Assembly (NCBI RefSeq): GCF_001194135.2
Contig: NC_068988.1
Location: 87,972,836-88,022,633, forward strand
Reading direction: 5' to 3'
Length of the DNA stretch: 49,798 nucleotides
DNA from: Octopus bimaculoides
Taxonomy: Eukaryota
The notes under the pieces were generated by a model that was given only the letters and a program-made list of their open reading frames with translations, was not told where the DNA came from and did no database searches. Position 1 is the stretch's first letter; each line of letters begins with the position of its first letter. The translations under genes were made by a program, and so were the position numbers. Of the stretch, positions 48,338 to 49,798 are shown in pieces.

Positions 48338-49479
48338 GAGATCAGAGTTTTTAGTACCTTGTATTAATGAAGCTAAACATCTTTTGTGTAAGTACAAACT
48401 TCCTTTATTTTCGACCTAGTTGAGCGGAAAAACGTTCGTTGCGAAGTTGAAATTCTCTTCGGACGAGTGTTTAAAAAAATGTTTATACTGAAACGGAATT
48501 TCATTAAAATAGTTTAAGAGTAACCTCGTTTCCAATGAGGCTGGATACTGCATTCAGCGATAAATTAAAAGTGTGAAAAAGTTTTGATATTATTTAGATA
48601 ATATTTGTATTCCTACCAAGACAGGAAACATATGGAAAAGTAATCCGAAAACAGCTGCTTTTATAGAACATCTTACCTGTGACTCTAAATGAAATATTGA
48701 GATAAGCGTTTCTTAATGGGTTTCATTAATATTTTTTTAATATATATTTAAGCATCGGATGATTGAAGAGACAACAGGTGAGGATTGCTAGCTAAAAAAG
48801 CGGAAACGCGAAACTCAGTGCACTGCAATCTTCGAGTCGTTCATTCAAAAACCATTGAAGAAAACTCTGTGCCTACGGATTCAATCCTGTAATTAATCAC
48901 TTCTTGGTTAACACACAGCGAGCGTACGTGTATTATGTGTATATGCCTGTATGGATGTATCTATATCTATACCTATATTTATATCAGAAATAAAGATGGG
49001 CGGATTCGTGGGTACATAGCACCATATGCTCTCATATATATGCATGTGTATATACAAACACACACACACACACACACACATATTCTTTTCTTCTTTCCCT
49101 TTGGACTTTCCTTCTATTCCTGTTTCCGAAGAAGAGCAATGCTCGAAACGTAAAACAAGTACTTTTTTCTTTCTCTGAGTGTCTTATTAATACATTGCCT
49201 GTGCTACGTCCTCACCTTTTTTGTTTTTTTCTGTTTTTATTTTTTAGTTATNNNNNNNNNNNNNNNNNNNNNNNNNNNNNNNNNNNNNNNNNNNNNNNNN
49301 NNNNNNNNNNNNNNNNNNNNNNNNNNNNNNNNNNNNNNNNNNNNNNNNNNNNNNNNNNNNNNNNNNNNNNNNNNNNNNNNNNNNNNNNNNNNNNNNNNNN
49401 NNNNNNNNNNNNNNNNNNNNNNNNNNNNNNNNNNNNNNNNNNNNNNNNNNNNNNNNNNNNNNNNNNNNNNNNNNNNNNN

Positions 49480-49548
<69 letters not shown>

Positions 49549-49765
49549 TATATACACATACGTATACTTACATATACCTATATACATATATATATATACA
49601 TGTAAAAATGTGTGCCTGCATGCATGCGTGTGTATGTGTGTGTTTATGTGTGTGTGTTGTGTGGCAGTGTATGTTACAGTTAAAGAAGCAAGAACTAGTT
49701 ATATGTAGCAAGTATACCGTATAACTGCCGCTTCTTGTATTTCCTCAAATGTCGGTGTGTGGAAC

Positions 49766-49798
<33 letters not shown>

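Overview
Eukaryotic, AT-rich DNA saturated with microsatellites. About 7.2 kb (~14%) is N gaps, almost all flanked by simple repeats. The repeat content suggests a coleoid cephalopod, probably Octopus (inference, not verified). I found no supportable host protein-coding exon, tRNA, rRNA or CRISPR array; nearly all listed ORFs are translations of simple repeats or span gaps. The window is a layered graveyard of mobile elements: (i) two lineages of R4/Dong-like non-LTR retrotransposons with a restriction-like endonuclease, one sitting in (TAA)n arrays and one stacked as five same-strand 3' remnants in (TACA)n arrays; (ii) two RTE-clade LINE fragments, one with a 5' inversion; (iii) Penelope-like GIY-YIG remnants; (iv) more than 20 copies or fragments of four tRNA-derived SINE types, labelled A-D here for convenience; (v) a mariner-type MITE, a fold-back element, a cut-and-paste transposase remnant and a ~39-bp minisatellite. 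The best leads are the apparent (TACA)n-targeting retrotransposon, a pri-miRNA-shaped hairpin in apparently unique DNA (25849-25934), a young inverted pair of Dong 3' ends, and an RTE with twin-priming-like geometry. Element boundaries were placed by eye and are approximate.
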